DNA of 64,000 nucleotides from Octopus sinensis (GCF_006345805.1 NC_043025.1:14632001-14696000), one strand, 5' to 3'; shown: positions 1-12,059, counted from the first letter of the stretch. A program made the numbers and translations. The notes: generated by a model from the letters alone, not told the origin.

Positions 1-262
1 CCAAAGAATCCCTCTCAACACATGGCTATGATGCTCCCCAACTACTTCTGCTCGTGATCAGAGATGCACATATCGTCAGCCACTAAGGGACATGCTCAAC
101 TGGTTACGGTCAAACAACTGACAAGCAAATCTGTGGTATTGAGCGCAGAATATTTGCTGTAGGCCATCTTTTACACCAAGACAAAACAATGTACATGATA
201 ACACTTCCAATCAGAAGCCATGAGAGCCACTGCATCAAGGCATGTTGTTATTATTATTTAGA
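1..262. mobile_element. LINE-associated non-coding repeat fragment
   Basis: Near-identical to 17607-17775. Its end is the reverse complement of 59335-59440, which is joined to R4/Dong-like coding sequence. Ends in (TAT)n. Confidence 0.7.
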
Positions 263-527
263 TAGGGTGAAGAGCCAAGCTGTGTCCTCTTAAAGCACCT
301 CTACTTATTCCAATCCGTGTGTAGGTGTTATTATTTCTGTGAGGAGTGCATATAAGAGTTGAAAATGCGGGAAAATATTGTCTGCAGAGTAATTATACAC
401 CTCTCTCGACCCACCTGTCTATCTAACCTTCTCTCTCCTTACCTGTATCCATTCTGTTTGTTTCTCTCGTTCTCGCTTTCTTTCACACCTGACATTAACA
501 CTTTCTCTCTTTCCTATATTGTTCCAG

Positions 528-709
528 GCCAACTTACCTCTGCTCCAAAGGGAACTCCTACACTGTGCCCGCATGGCCAAACAGACCCCCCAGCAGTACC
601 TCGCACAGAACGAACACATCCTCTTCGATACGTCCAACTCCCCCGTTGAGTCACATGACTCACTGTCTTCAGAGTTCAACGAGAATGGCAAACGAAGATC
701 ACCTGACAG
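528..709 (+). CDS. RUNX1T1: ETO/MTG8/nervy (CBFA2T family) co-repressor, internal exon: end of NHR1/TAFH region
   Basis: Translation [60 protein letters not shown](R) closely matches ETO-family [30 protein letters not shown]...NENGKRRTPDR as I recall it. Acceptor ttccag at 522-527, donor AG|gtaagc at 710, phase 0 to 2. Confidence 0.95.
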
Positions 710-762
710 GTAAGCTACTTTCTCAGGCAATCACTGACCCTTTTGTATCTCGGACGACATCA

Positions 763-1125
763 TCTAATATGTCCTTCCTTGTTTAGCCCCAGGTCAGTCC
801 TGATCCAGTAGACCTATGATCAAAGATGTTCCAGCTGTGACCATCCTGTCTTTTATTCAGACACAGTGTATCTAGGACTGCATTTTCTAATGTGTCTTTC
901 CTTGATGTTTAGCCCCAGGTCAGTCCTGAGCCAGTAGACCTATGATCAAAGATTCTCCAGCTGTGACCATCCTGTCTTTTATTCAGGCATAGTGTATCTA
1001 GGACTACATTATCTAATGTGTCCTTCCTTGTTGTTTAGCCCCAGGTCGACCCTGATCAAAGATGTTCCAACTGTGACCATCCTGTCTTTTATCCAGACAT
1101 AGTCTATCTAGGACTACATTATCCT
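763..1125. repeat. Three tandem copies of a ~125-bp dispersed repeat unit
   Basis: Unit tttagccccaggtcagtcctgatccagtagacctatgatcaaagatgttccagctgtgaccatcctgtc...ggactacattatctaatgtgtccttcc recurs here and at 24229-24660 and 49578-49860. Confidence 0.9.
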
Positions 1126-1161
1126 GTGTGACCTTCATTGTGTAACCAACACCTGTACTTA

Positions 1162-1280
1162 ACTGCTACTTATATAAACCGATGAGGGAGCCTCTAGGTA
1201 GTCTTCTAAGATCCATTCACAACTCGGATGGTTTATAGGACTGCCTAGGGGCTCCCTCATCGGTTTGCATAATTAGCAGT
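1162..1280. repeat. Foldback inverted repeat (~42-bp arms)
   Basis: actgctacttatataaaccgatgagggagcctctaggtagtc pairs imperfectly with gactgcctaggggctccctcatcggtttgcataattagcagt. Confidence 0.8.
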
Positions 1281-1336
1281 GAATATCAACATTCTTTATC
1301 CTTCATTTTATTCCACATTAAAATCTCTCTTTCCAG

Positions 1337-1599
1337 ACCAACGAAGGAGAACGGCAGCGACAGTCACATGGATACGCTCCACTCGGCAAAGCGCCACCCA
1401 AGCATGAGCCCCCTGGGCAACAACCGTATCAGTCCAAACGGCATGGTGAACCTGAACTCTGGTGGACCTATCCGCCTCGGAGACATCAGTCTGTCGAGGG
1501 AACTGCGAGAGCGTGAACGGTTGGAACAGGAAAGGATAGAAAGGGAACGAGCCGAGCGTGACAGGGAGCGAGATAGGGATCGACACTATCCAAGTTACA
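1337..1599 (+). CDS. RUNX1T1: ETO/nervy internal exon (TKENG motif, RE-rich linker)
   Basis: Acceptor ctctttccag, donor A|gtgagt. Phases 2 to 1 fit both neighbours. Reads (R)PTKENGSDSHMDTLHSAKRHPS...RERERLEQERIERERAERDRERDRDRHYPSY; TKENG follows SPDR as in vertebrate ETO. Confidence 0.9.
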
Positions 1600-1854
1600 G
1601 TGAGTTATTTCCCCTTGACAATATTTGCGATGTTTCAGTTTGTGTACTTTTACTTGTTTCAGTCACTTGACTGCAGGCATGCTGGAGCACTGCTTTGAAG
1701 ATTTTTTTTTTAATTGAACATAGGCACAGGAGTGGCTGTGTAGCTTGCTTCCCAACCACATGGTTCCGGGTTCAGTCCCACTGTGTGACACCTTAGGCCT
1801 CCAGGTAGATTTAGTTCACAGCAACTGAAAGAAGCCTATTGTGTGTATTATGCC

Positions 1855-2459
1855 TGTCCAACAGTGAATTAATCATCCATACTCTCAACAATGCGCCCTT
1901 AAATATGGTTTCTGATTACTAATATCTTGGGTCATACATATCATCATCTGGAAAAGATTTTCTAACTAGAAAGGGTATGGCCTGGTCAGCCTGTAATGAC
2001 ATGCATAAGATCTGGTCATCAAATCTAAGTAGAGACTTCAAACTTGAAATCTTCAAAGCCACAGTCGAACCAATTTTACTATATGGCTCAGAAACCTGGA
2101 CGTTATCAAAGAAGCTTGAGAGGCGGTTGGATGGAACCTACACTCGCCTCCTTATGAGAGCTCAAAATCTCTCGTGGAAGCGCCATCCAACCAAAATGCA
2201 AATATATGGGAAACTACCACCTGTGTCATCTCTTGCTGGACATTGTTGTAGAGCTGAAAAAGAGGTAATCTCTACTCTTCTCCTCTGGAAGCCATCTACT
2301 CGCAATACCAGAGGGCACACACTCTCCTACCCTGATGTAATCTCCAGGGATACAGGCATCCAGCAACAGGACCTCCGTAATGCCATGATGGACCGTGAAG
2401 TTTGGCGTAGCATGGTAAATTCCATTGTTTTGACCACGGTCGAACAATGATGATGATGT
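1855..2459 (+). mobile_element. RTE-clade LINE 3' fragment in ETO intron, inserted into a SINE
   Basis: ORF 1977-2450 (KLEIFKATVEPILLYGSETWTL...AMMDREVWRSMV) is a typical RTE ORF2 C-terminus and ends in (TGA)n. SINE head at 1724-1850 and SINE tail at 2460-2650 flank it. Confidence 0.9.
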
Positions 2460-2744
2460 ATAGTGTATCTTTGTGCTTGTCCCCTACAACAGTTTGACAA
2501 CCTGTGTTGGTGTGTTTACATCCCTGTAACTTAGTGGTTCAGCAGAAGAGACCAACAGAAACAGCACCAGACTTTAAAACAAATAAACACTGGTGTCGAT
2601 TCATTTGACTAAACATTACTGAAGGTGGTGCCCCAGCATGGCCACAATTAAAAGCTAAGGTGTGTGTATGTATATATGTGTACCTTACCATAAACTTTGA
2701 CCTCCACTAACCCCTGATGCCCCCCTTCCTTTCTCTCTTTCCAG

Positions 2745-2815
2745 GTTTCTCTCGGAATGATCCCTTTGACCCTCCTTTTGACCGACTGGACGATAACTGG
2801 AAACATGTGGAGACG
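2745..2815 (+). CDS. RUNX1T1: ETO/nervy exon: first half of NHR2 oligomerisation helix
   Basis: Polypyrimidine acceptor ttctctctttccag, donor ACG|gtaggt, phase 1 to 0. Reads (S)FSRNDPFDPPFDRLDDNWKHVET, resembling NHR2 ...EEWKHLDH. Confidence 0.85.
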
Positions 2816-3184
2816 GTAGGTTGATCTCTTCACTCCTCTTACACAAACATTTTGTGCAGCAGAAGCAGTATTGGTTTAAAGGAGCAATCTGTGTATCACA
2901 CTCAACCCTTCTGCATTGAGATTATTCTCTCAAACGTAATGCTTATTGATTCACATGGATTTGTATTAATCCTGTATTATCCCATACTGGCATGGTTTTT
3001 ATGATGTGATTATTCAACATAGAAAGACATTGTAGAGTAGGTGTGAGAGGCTGGATCTTGTCTTCATCATTGTTTAATGTCCGTTTTCCATGGGTTGGAT
3101 GGTGTGACTGACACAGTTTCTACAGCTGGATGCCCTTCTTAATGCCAAAGTCCTTCCTAACGCCATCATATATATTTATATATA

Positions 3185-3475
3185 CTAGTAGTATCGCCCA
3201 GTGTTGGTTGGGTTTGTTTCAATTCTTCAGAATTGGAATTTTTGAAAAGTAAAAATTTTGAATTATGTAGCTTGTTATTCTCTTTTCTGGTTGAAATACA
3301 GCAGTCAAAAAAAAAGCACCTTTTTGATCTTAACATGGTCCGTTTGAATTTTATCTTCTACGGAATAAAGAGCAAGCCGTCAATTTTGGTCAACTTGCTC
3401 CGCAGGGTCTCGGAGGAGATAGTGTTAGTTGAAGGGTACCAAACTTGCCACACACTCACAGATATATATATATAT
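3185..3475 (-). mobile_element. Non-autonomous Helitron copy
   Basis: Reverse-complement homology to 13453-13844. 3' CTAG at 3185-3188 with degenerate hairpin; 5' end is lost in (TA)n. Confidence 0.7.
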
Positions 3476-4642
3476 GTATATGTGTATATATGTATATGTG
3501 TATGTATGTATATGTGTATGTATATGTATATATATATATATATGTATGTATATATATATTACATATATTTGAAATTTTTTACTTATATCTCTTTGTCTTT
3601 TAACTATTACTGTATATTTTGTATAATGCCTTTACTCATATGTAATGGTGTATTAAAGTATTGATTGGGTATCATCGGATAGTTGATTTAAGTATGTTTC
3701 TCCATTCTCTAATTTTGTAGTATATATATATATATTATATATGTATAGGCCTCCGTGCTGGTGGCACGTAAAAAGCACCATCTGACCGTGGCCGTTTGCC
3801 AGACTTGTCTGGCACCTGTGCAGGTGGCACGTAAAAAGCACCCACTACACTCACGAAGTGGTTGGCGTTAGGCAGGGCATCCAGCCGTAGAAACATTGCC
3901 AGATCAGACTGGGCCTGGTGCAGCCTTCTGACTTCCCAGACCCCAGTTGCACCGTCCAACCCATGCCAGCATGGAAAGCGGATGCTAAATGATGATGTAT
4001 ATATATATGTATATGTATATACATATATATATATATACACATATACATATATATATGTATATATATATATATATATCCTGAATTTATGTAAATGTGAAGA
4101 GAATGATATATCAGTTGCATAAGCAAGTTTCCATTACAATATTGGAGTGTGTTAAACATTAAAAACATCTTTTTTTCAATGCTTAACACATTCTAATACA
4201 TTAAAAAAAAATACAATAAAAAAACGTGAAAACCAGACGATGTTGTAATTAAATTTAATACTTTTTGATAGTTATATATATATATAAAAATTCATAAGTA
4301 TAAATTATTAATTTAAGTAATTTTTAATTTAAATATTTTAAGTTTTGAATTTTATATATTTGTTATTAATTTGATTTGCCTAATAGTGGTTTTATCTCTG
4401 ATTTAATATATATATATATACAGATGTGGCTGTATGGTAGGAAGCTTGCTTCCCAAGAAAGCGTTTTGAGTGAATTTGGTAGAAGTCCATCGCATGTTTG
4501 TTTGTCCACCACCACCGCTCTGACAAGTGATGTTTACATTTCAAATGAGAGAGCTCCAATCTGGTCTGGCACAGTTTCTACAGCTGGATGCCCTTCTTAA
4601 TGCCAAAGTCCTTCCTAACGCCATCATATATATTTATATATA

Positions 4643-4972
4643 CTAGCAGTATGCTCGGGTTTGTTTCGACTCGAAAAGTAAAAATTTGGCATTATGTAGC
4701 TTGTTATTCTCTTTAAGTGAACATTTTTCTGGTTGAAATACACCGAAGAATGGTGACACAGCAGTCAAAAGATCATAAAAAATAGGGATTTTCATAGAAG
4801 AAAAGAACCTTTTTGATGTAAATAATTTTTGGTGTTAACATGGTCCGATTTGAATTTTTTCTTCTACGGAATGAAGAGCAAGCCTTCTTCTATCATACTC
4901 TCAATTTTGGTCAACTTGCGCCACAGAGGAGATAGTGTTAGTAGAAGGCCACACACACAGCTTTATATATGA
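4643..4972 (-). mobile_element. Non-autonomous Helitron copy
   Basis: Same family as 13453-13844. 5' TC and 3' CTAG termini sit in an A|T site; the hairpin is partly deleted. Confidence 0.7.
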
Positions 4973-5281
4973 TGGACTCTCTAACTGAAGACAATGTATA
5001 TATATATATATTTATGTGCATGTATGCATGTGACGACACTTGGGTTAGCAGTAAGGTCGTGAGTTCAATACCTGTCAGTTTGTTGTGTCCTTGTGCGAGA
5101 CCCCTTATTTTCTTCTAAGCTCCACTGCAGTCAAGTCTGAGCTCACTCAGTCCTCGAAGTATATAAAGTGTGGGATCAAATTGCATGGGCTGACTTTAGA
5201 ACTACTAAACGCAGGCAGGACAAAAAAGAACAAGAAGATCCTGCAGCATCAAGGATAGGTATAGGCAGCCACTCGAGGGCA

Positions 5282-5381
5282 NNNNNNNNNNNNNNNNNNN
5301 NNNNNNNNNNNNNNNNNNNNNNNNNNNNNNNNNNNNNNNNNNNNNNNNNNNNNNNNNNNNNNNNNNNNNNNNNNNNNNNNN
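5282..5381. other. Assembly gap (100 N)
   Basis: Run of exactly 100 N, typical of a scaffolding join of unknown true size. Confidence 0.99.
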
Positions 5382-5421
5382 CTGCATTGATAAGGGGCAA
5401 ATACCTGAAACTAGTCTGCAG
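5382..5421 (+). ncRNA. Minimal type I hammerhead ribozyme-like motif, U3-A8 core variant
   Basis: ctgca-TTGATAA-ggggcaaatacct-GAAAC-TA-GTC-tgcag: perfect 5-bp stem I, 3-bp stem II, palindromic stem III ACTAGT, GUC site. Confidence 0.7.
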
Positions 5422-5689
5422 AAGCCTCCTGACCGCAAGGGGAAGCGGCTGACTCCTCAGTTCGAAGGTTTAATGGAAGACTAAAGCACATAGTGACCCC
5501 CTCACTGGTTTATATAAGTAGCAGTTAAGTACTGGGGTTGATTTTAACCTTTAGTTGCAAAATTAAGTTCTGTAGTTATTTCAGTCCGGATGTTTAAATA
5601 TCTGCCAAAATAAAAAAAGAGAACTGGATATTTTCTGCAAGACACATTGTCTCGGTAAACTTGACACATCTCAACAGAAAACCGTTCCA

Positions 5690-5992
5690 AACATGGGGAA
5701 GCACTCCGTCGGTTACGACGATGAGGGTTCCGGTTGATCCGAATCAACGGAACAGCCTGCTCGTGAAATTAACGTGTAAGTGGCTGAGCACTCCACAGGA
5801 CACATGCACCCTTAACGTAGTTCTCCGGGGAATTCAGCGTGACACAGAGAGTGACAAGGCCAGCCCTTTGAAATACAGGTACAACAGAAACAGGAAGTAA
5901 GAGTGAGAGAAAGTTGTGGTGAAAGAGTACAGCAGGGTCATCCTATGACCGTGAGTCCGCTACCCTAACCACTGGGCCATTGCGCCTCCACG
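5690..5992 (-). mobile_element. tRNA-derived SINE family S2 (internally deleted)
   Basis: Reverse complement of the head ggcgcaatggcccagtggttagggtagcggactcacgg and of the body seen at 16918-17310. Confidence 0.85.
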
Positions 5993-6434
5993 TTCCAAAA
6001 CATGACTTCCCCAACAAAAGATAGATCCGTATATAAAACTGCTTCCATGGTTAAGGGTGATTAAATTTCGAAGCGGATATCTCTGAAAAGAGTTAACCAT
6101 GGGACCCCCTTATTTTTGTTTACATTTGTCCCTATTCCAGATTTTGGTCCTCAGATCATAATTACCCGTCTTAATTAACCCCTGCTTTATTAATTTTACC
6201 CTACCATACTCCCCACTTCATCATGCTACCCTCAACCACGCCTTTGCACACACAAACCCTCTGTTTCAATGTCTGGCTTCTTTAATTAATGATATTGCTG
6301 TGTCCTTGGGGTCTTAATAATCCCTTTAATTAGCTTCCTTTTAATTAGCTTTGCAGGCCACTCTAATTGCCTAATTAGTTACTCTCTCAATCTTGGATCT
6401 CTCTCTCTTTCTCTCGCTGTCTGCCTTTCTGTCG

Positions 6435-6469
<35 letters not shown>

Positions 6470-6592
6470 GATATATATAATATATATATGTATATCTTAT
6501 CTACCTATCTATATACCTATCTATATCTACCTATCTATCTCTACCTGTATATATCTACCTACCTATATCTATCTATCTATCTAGCTAGCTAT

Positions 6593-6646
<54 letters not shown>

Positions 6647-7018
6647 CTCCCCCCTCTCTCTCTTTTTATAATCAAGGACAAACTCTATATAAAGGATTTT
6701 ATCAAGAAGCTAACATGTAAAAAAACAAAACATTTAGGTAAAAATTAATCCAAACTATTTATTTTTCTAAATATAATTCTAAAATTACAACAAGGGTAAC
6801 AATTGAGTAATGCTACAAGGAGACTCCGAATGGCTCTGAAACTATTTATAAATAAAGTAGTTTCAGAGGCATTTGGTATCTTTTTCTAGCATGTGGCATT
6901 ACTCAGTAGCTTCCCTGATTATAATTTTATAATTTCGAAATCAGTGGCAGACATCACTAGAAAAACCCTTATATGTTTGCAAACAAGCCTTGTCTTTCAT
7001 CGTGATCCGGTGATTACT

Positions 7019-7062
7019 GCCCGTTGATAAGAGACAATAATCTCGAAACTGCTGTCTGGTGC
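7019..7062 (+). ncRNA. Minimal hammerhead ribozyme-like motif, U3-A8 core variant
   Basis: gcccg-TTGATAA-GAGAcaataaTCTC-GAAAC-tgct-GTC-tggtgc: perfect 4-bp stem II, GUC site, stem I of 3 bp plus 2 bp after a bulge. Confidence 0.65.
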
Positions 7063-8686
7063 GTATCACTCAGGCTTACAAGAAAGGGATGGCCTCCCTT
7101 TGCAAATACCATAAGGGCACAGAAAGTGTGCCTAAAGCCAGCTGGAGACGATGATCTCCTGGGGCTAAAATGCTACAGTAACGCCCACCCTTTGTGGTTA
7201 GCCATATTGAGATGGCTTTTATACTTTAAATTTTATAATTATATTTATAAAATTAAACACTTTGTGTGCGTGTATGTATATAGATATAGATATATAGATA
7301 TAGATATATAGATATATAGATATAGATATAGATATATAGATATAGATATAGATATAGATATATAGATATATATAGATCTCCAGCCCTTATCTCTATCGCT
7401 GTGTTGCATTCTCAGACGCTTGCTCTCTTAGGCCTCCCCCCTTGTTTGGCTTTGGCTCTCTCTCTCTCTCACCCTTAACTCTGCCCTTTTTTCAGGCCCT
7501 TAAATCTCTCACATTTTTAGGCCTCTCTCCTCTCTGCTTCTCTGTCCATGCCTTTTTCTCTCTCCCTCCAGCTCTCTCTTCTCCCCTTTCTCCTCTGTGT
7601 ATGCCTTTCTCTCTCTCAAACACACACACACACACAGAGTCTTGGGCTTCATTCAACTGGGGCCATTTTTTCCCCTTCTTTCTCTGGCGCCAGTCACACA
7701 CAACTGTTTCTACCCCACACCCAAAAAGACAAACCTCTCTCTCTCCTTTCTTTCTCTCTCTCTCTCTCACACACACCACACACTTGGGCCTCACTCAATC
7801 AAGGTCGCCTTTTCCTTTTCCTTCTTCGGCGCCAATAAAAACCAAGTAACAATCACATGCAACAGTGGAACCATTCCGTTTCTGCCCCACCCCCCAAAAA
7901 CACAAACCTCTCTGCCCCACCCCCCAAAAACACAAACCTCTCTGACCATCCTCCAGCTTTTGAAAACAATTTCTATTATATTCTGTTTAGTCGTTATTAT
8001 CATTATTTGATTTTTAATTTTAATTTTAGTGAAATGAAAAATATCGTAGCATGGCCAGGAGAGATTCTCCTTGAAGAAGAAAAAGTACATTTGGTACTTT
8101 TTTAGTTACGACATAGCTATTGTACTCCAGATATTACTATAGCTCTTTCTTACATGGTTTGTACCCAGTAATAAAGGGCACTTTCTGTTGCTCCCTATTA
8201 TGCAGTCTACATAGTAATATAGGGCTGTCACAGCTCCCTCTTACATAGACTGTACCTTGTAATACAGGGCTGTCATAGCCCCCTCTTACATAATCTTTAC
8301 CTCATAATACAGGGCTGTCACAGCTCCCTGTTACATAGTCTGTACCTAGTAATACAGGGTTGGAACACTCATACCAGGCCCTCATTACTGGATGCAGCTT
8401 AAAGTCATTTTCAGGGCATATTGTGGATCCATGAGTGACCTTCTTTCAGAAGCAATTCCAAGAGATGCTAATTAATCCATTGCTGGGGTTAATCTGATTG
8501 TTTATATTGAGAATGACATTGTAGGGTTGGTGTGAGTGGCCAGTTTGAACATAAAAAAGCAGGTAGAATATTAGTTTAAATGCTAAAAGAATATATATAT
8601 ATATATATATATATACCGGAGTAAACACATAAATGTGAAACAAGGTGGAAAAAAGAGTACTCAAATACCAGTGGTAGAGTAATATG

Positions 8687-8852
8687 CTTTATTTAAAGCA
8701 GCAGAAAATTCAACAAAACCTGTTACTCTGAGTTTCCCGTTGCCGTTCGTCGGACAGTTTTAGCTAGAAAAACTAGCAAAAACTGTCCGACGAACGGCAA
8801 CGGGAAACTCAGAGTAACAGGTTTTGTTGAATTTTCTGCTGCTTTAAATAAA

Positions 8853-8853
<1 letters not shown>
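8687..8853. repeat. Near-perfect 167-bp palindrome carrying a hammerhead-like motif in each arm
   Basis: Arms 8687-8767 and 8773-8853 (one mismatch), loop AAAAA. + strand motif 8783-8820: ctgt-CCGACGA-aCGgcaaCGg-GAAACTcagAGT-A-acag. Confidence 0.9.
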
Positions 8854-8886
<33 letters not shown>

Positions 8887-9529
8887 ACAATGAGGGAGAC
8901 CTCTACATGGAGGCTGGTTCTGCTTGAAATAGCAGCCAAATCTCCCTCAATCCACACCTTACTCTCCTGTGTATGTATAACCCTTCAGCATTCTGATTTC
9001 TCTATCAAATTTAATGCTTATTTATCCACATGGTTTTTTAATTAATGCTGCATTATCTCATAGCTTTAAGATTTCAATGATGTGATAGCTTATTTTTAGA
9101 ATGACATTGTAGGGTAGGTGAGAAAAGTAGGATCTACCCTCCGTACTTTGCCCAGTAATACAAGACTCTTATCATTACTTTGTCTTACCCTCTTCTGGGT
9201 ACCACAGACTTCTATCATAGGTTTTCTTTCTTATCTAATCATCAATGTGTTCGATATTATGGAATCTTTCCTCCCAAATTCCAGATGCTACCCGTCCCAT
9301 GGTTTGTGTTTTTTGCTGTTGTAATATTGTGAATTAAATAAGGTCAGTCGGTAGAATTGTTTGGCCAGTGTTGGTCAGCATCAGCATGATTTGGTCAAGG
9401 AATATTAACAGCAGTGCAGTGTGGGTTTGTGTATTGCCGTGATGTGGTGGCCTGTATTCTGTGTTTATATATATTGTGCATGTGTGTGCAGTACTTTATC
9501 TCTGGCATTATTACCTTTGTATCAAAGAC

Positions 9530-10310
9530 AGCAAGCTGGCAGAGTTGTTAGCACGTTGAGCCGAATGCTTTGCGGTTCTGGGTTCAAATTCCATCGAGGT
9601 TGAGTTTGCTTTTCATCCTTTTGAGGTCAATGAAATAGGTACCAGTTACAGACTACCCCCTCCCCTCAAATTTCAAACACTGTGCCTATAGTGAAAGAAT
9701 TATTATTACTATTATCATTATTGAGATAATGAGCTGGCAGAACCATTAGCACACTGGACAGAATGCTTAACAGCATTTCGTCTGCCTTTACGTTCTGAGT
9801 TCAAATTCCACCGAGGTCAACTTTCCCTTTCATCCTTTCGGGGTCGATTGAATAAGTACCAGTTATGCACTGGGGTCGATGTAATCGGCTTAATCCTTTT
9901 GTCTGTCCTTGTTAGTTCCCTCTATGCTTAGTCCCTTGTGGGCAATAAAGAAATAAGAATCGTTAGCACGCCGAGCGAAACGCCGAGGTCGACTTTGCCT
10001 TTCATCCTTTCGGGGTCGATAAATTAAGTACCAATTACGCACTGGGGTCGATGTAATCGACTTAACCCCTTGTTTGTCCCCTCTATGTTTAGCCCCTTGT
10101 GGGCAATAAAGAAATAAGAACCGTTAGCACGCTGGACAAAACGCTTAGCGGTATTTTGCTCATCACTACATTCTGAGTTCAAATTCCAGCAAAGTCGACT
10201 TTGCCTTTCATCCTTTTGGGGTTGATAAAATTTGTACCAGTTATGTACTGGGTTGACGTAATTGACTTAATCCCTTCCCTTGAATTTGAGGCCTTGTGCT
10301 TCCAGTAGAA
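9530..10310 (+). mobile_element. Cluster of SINE family S3 (Deu/Nin-domain-like core), including three head-to-tail copies
   Basis: tRNA-like head gagctggcagaa...gagttcaaattcc followed by gcctttcatcctttcggggtcgataaattaagtaccag, resembling the Deu/Nin SINE domain as I recall it. Further copies near 14150-14790, 16640-16870, 37935-38163, 51598-51832(-), 58680-58880(-), 63140-63320. Confidence 0.85.
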
Positions 10311-10333
10311 AGGATTATTATTATTATATATAT

Positions 10334-10540
10334 GCAGGAGTGGCTGCGTGGTAAGTAGCTTGCTTACGAACCACATGGTTCCGGGTTCAGTCCCACAGCA
10401 TGGCACCTTGGACAAGTGCCTTCTACTATAGCTTCAGGTCGACCAAAGCCTTGTGAGTGGATTTGGTAGAAGGAAACTGAAAGAAGCCCATCGTATATAT
10501 GTGTGTGTATATGTTTGTGTGTCTGTGTTTACGTCCCCGT
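10334..10540 (+). mobile_element. tRNA-derived SINE family S1 (5' part)
   Basis: Head gcaggagtggctg(t/c)gtggtaagtagcttgct...ggttccgggttcagtccca, then ggcaccttgg(g)caagtg...gaaactgaaagaagccc(g/a)tcg(TA)n. About 15 copies in the window. Confidence 0.9.
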
Positions 10541-10902
10541 AAATGGTGCCTTGTACATTCCACTGGTACGGGTGCAAGTGACGCAACCCTGGCATTGGCC
10601 ATTTTGGGGCTGTGGGTTATGTGTACATGACACATCAGAGATATAAAGTATTGTACATGCATACACATATATAAACAATGGAGTTGGTGTGGTTTGTGAT
10701 GTAACGGATTCTAGGACTTTGGTTGTGGTGATTCATCAGTGAAGTGTAACCCCTCGAATATATGTGTGTGTGTGTGTGGTATGGTGGTGTACATGTTGTG
10801 TGTCCTTAATATATAAAACGCTGTGTGTGTGTGTGCATAACATGCTTTGTGCTTATCTATTTGTCTCCCCCACCCCACCTACCTCTTTCTCTCTCTCTCT
10901 CT

Positions 10903-10939
<37 letters not shown>

Positions 10940-11117
10940 CAAAATTTAGAGGACTGACCACTAAAGTGGACAGCCTATATGCTAAACATAGACATCAAAT
11001 CGCCATTACCACGAAGAATGTGTTCTCAAGAAAAATCTCAGCAAAAAAAACCAAAATGTAAAAATAAGCAAGACAAATGAAAATATACGAAATATGTATA
11101 TATATATATATATATAT

Positions 11118-11347
11118 ATAGAATGGTTGTATACTGTCAATCTAACGTGACAGTAGGGAATTACACCACTGCTGTTTAGCCCTAGGAAGCATCGACGCTT
11201 CCTGATGGCTTCGACACATTTTTTCCTGTGTCCTTATAAAAAAAAAGGTGTCGAAGCCCTCAGGAAGCGTTGATGCTTCCTAGGGCTAAACAGCGGTGGT
11301 GTAATCCCCTACTATCACGTTAAAGTGACAGTATACAACCATTCTAT
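11118..11347. mobile_element. 230-bp foldback element (MITE-like, ~100-bp arms)
   Basis: atagaatggttgtatactgtca...gcttcgacac is complementary to gtgtcgaagc...tgacagtatacaaccattctat. Adjacent to (TA)n. Confidence 0.8.
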
Positions 11348-11398
11348 CGCCCCACCACCGTACATATCTCTACGAGATATTTAGAAATTTAATATTCT

Positions 11399-11483
<85 letters not shown>

Positions 11484-11515
11484 GTTATATATATATATAG
11501 TATATATATATATAT

Positions 11516-11548
<33 letters not shown>

Positions 11549-12059
11549 GTATATAATATATGATGAATATTATGTATATATATATATGTGATATATATAT
11601 GTATATATATTGTATATATATATATGTATATATATATGTATACATATATATGTATACATATATATGTATATATATATATAAATATATATATGTGTTATAT
11701 ATATGTGTTGTGATATATAATATGTGTTATATATATTAGATATGTATATATAATGTATATATATATATATGTATATATATAGTTATATATATATGTATAC
11801 ATATATATGTATATATATATATGTATAATATATATGTATATTATATGTATATATATGTATATATGTATATATATATATATGTATATATATGTATATATGT
11901 ATTATATATATATATATTATGTATTATATGTATATTATGTATATATATTATATGTATATATATGTATATATATATATGTATATATATATATGTATACATA
12001 TATATGTATATATATATATGTATACCATATAATGTATATATAGGGTATATATATGTATA

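Noticed and set aside
5168-5452. ORFs spanning the N gap
   Set aside because: Artefacts of translating through Ns.
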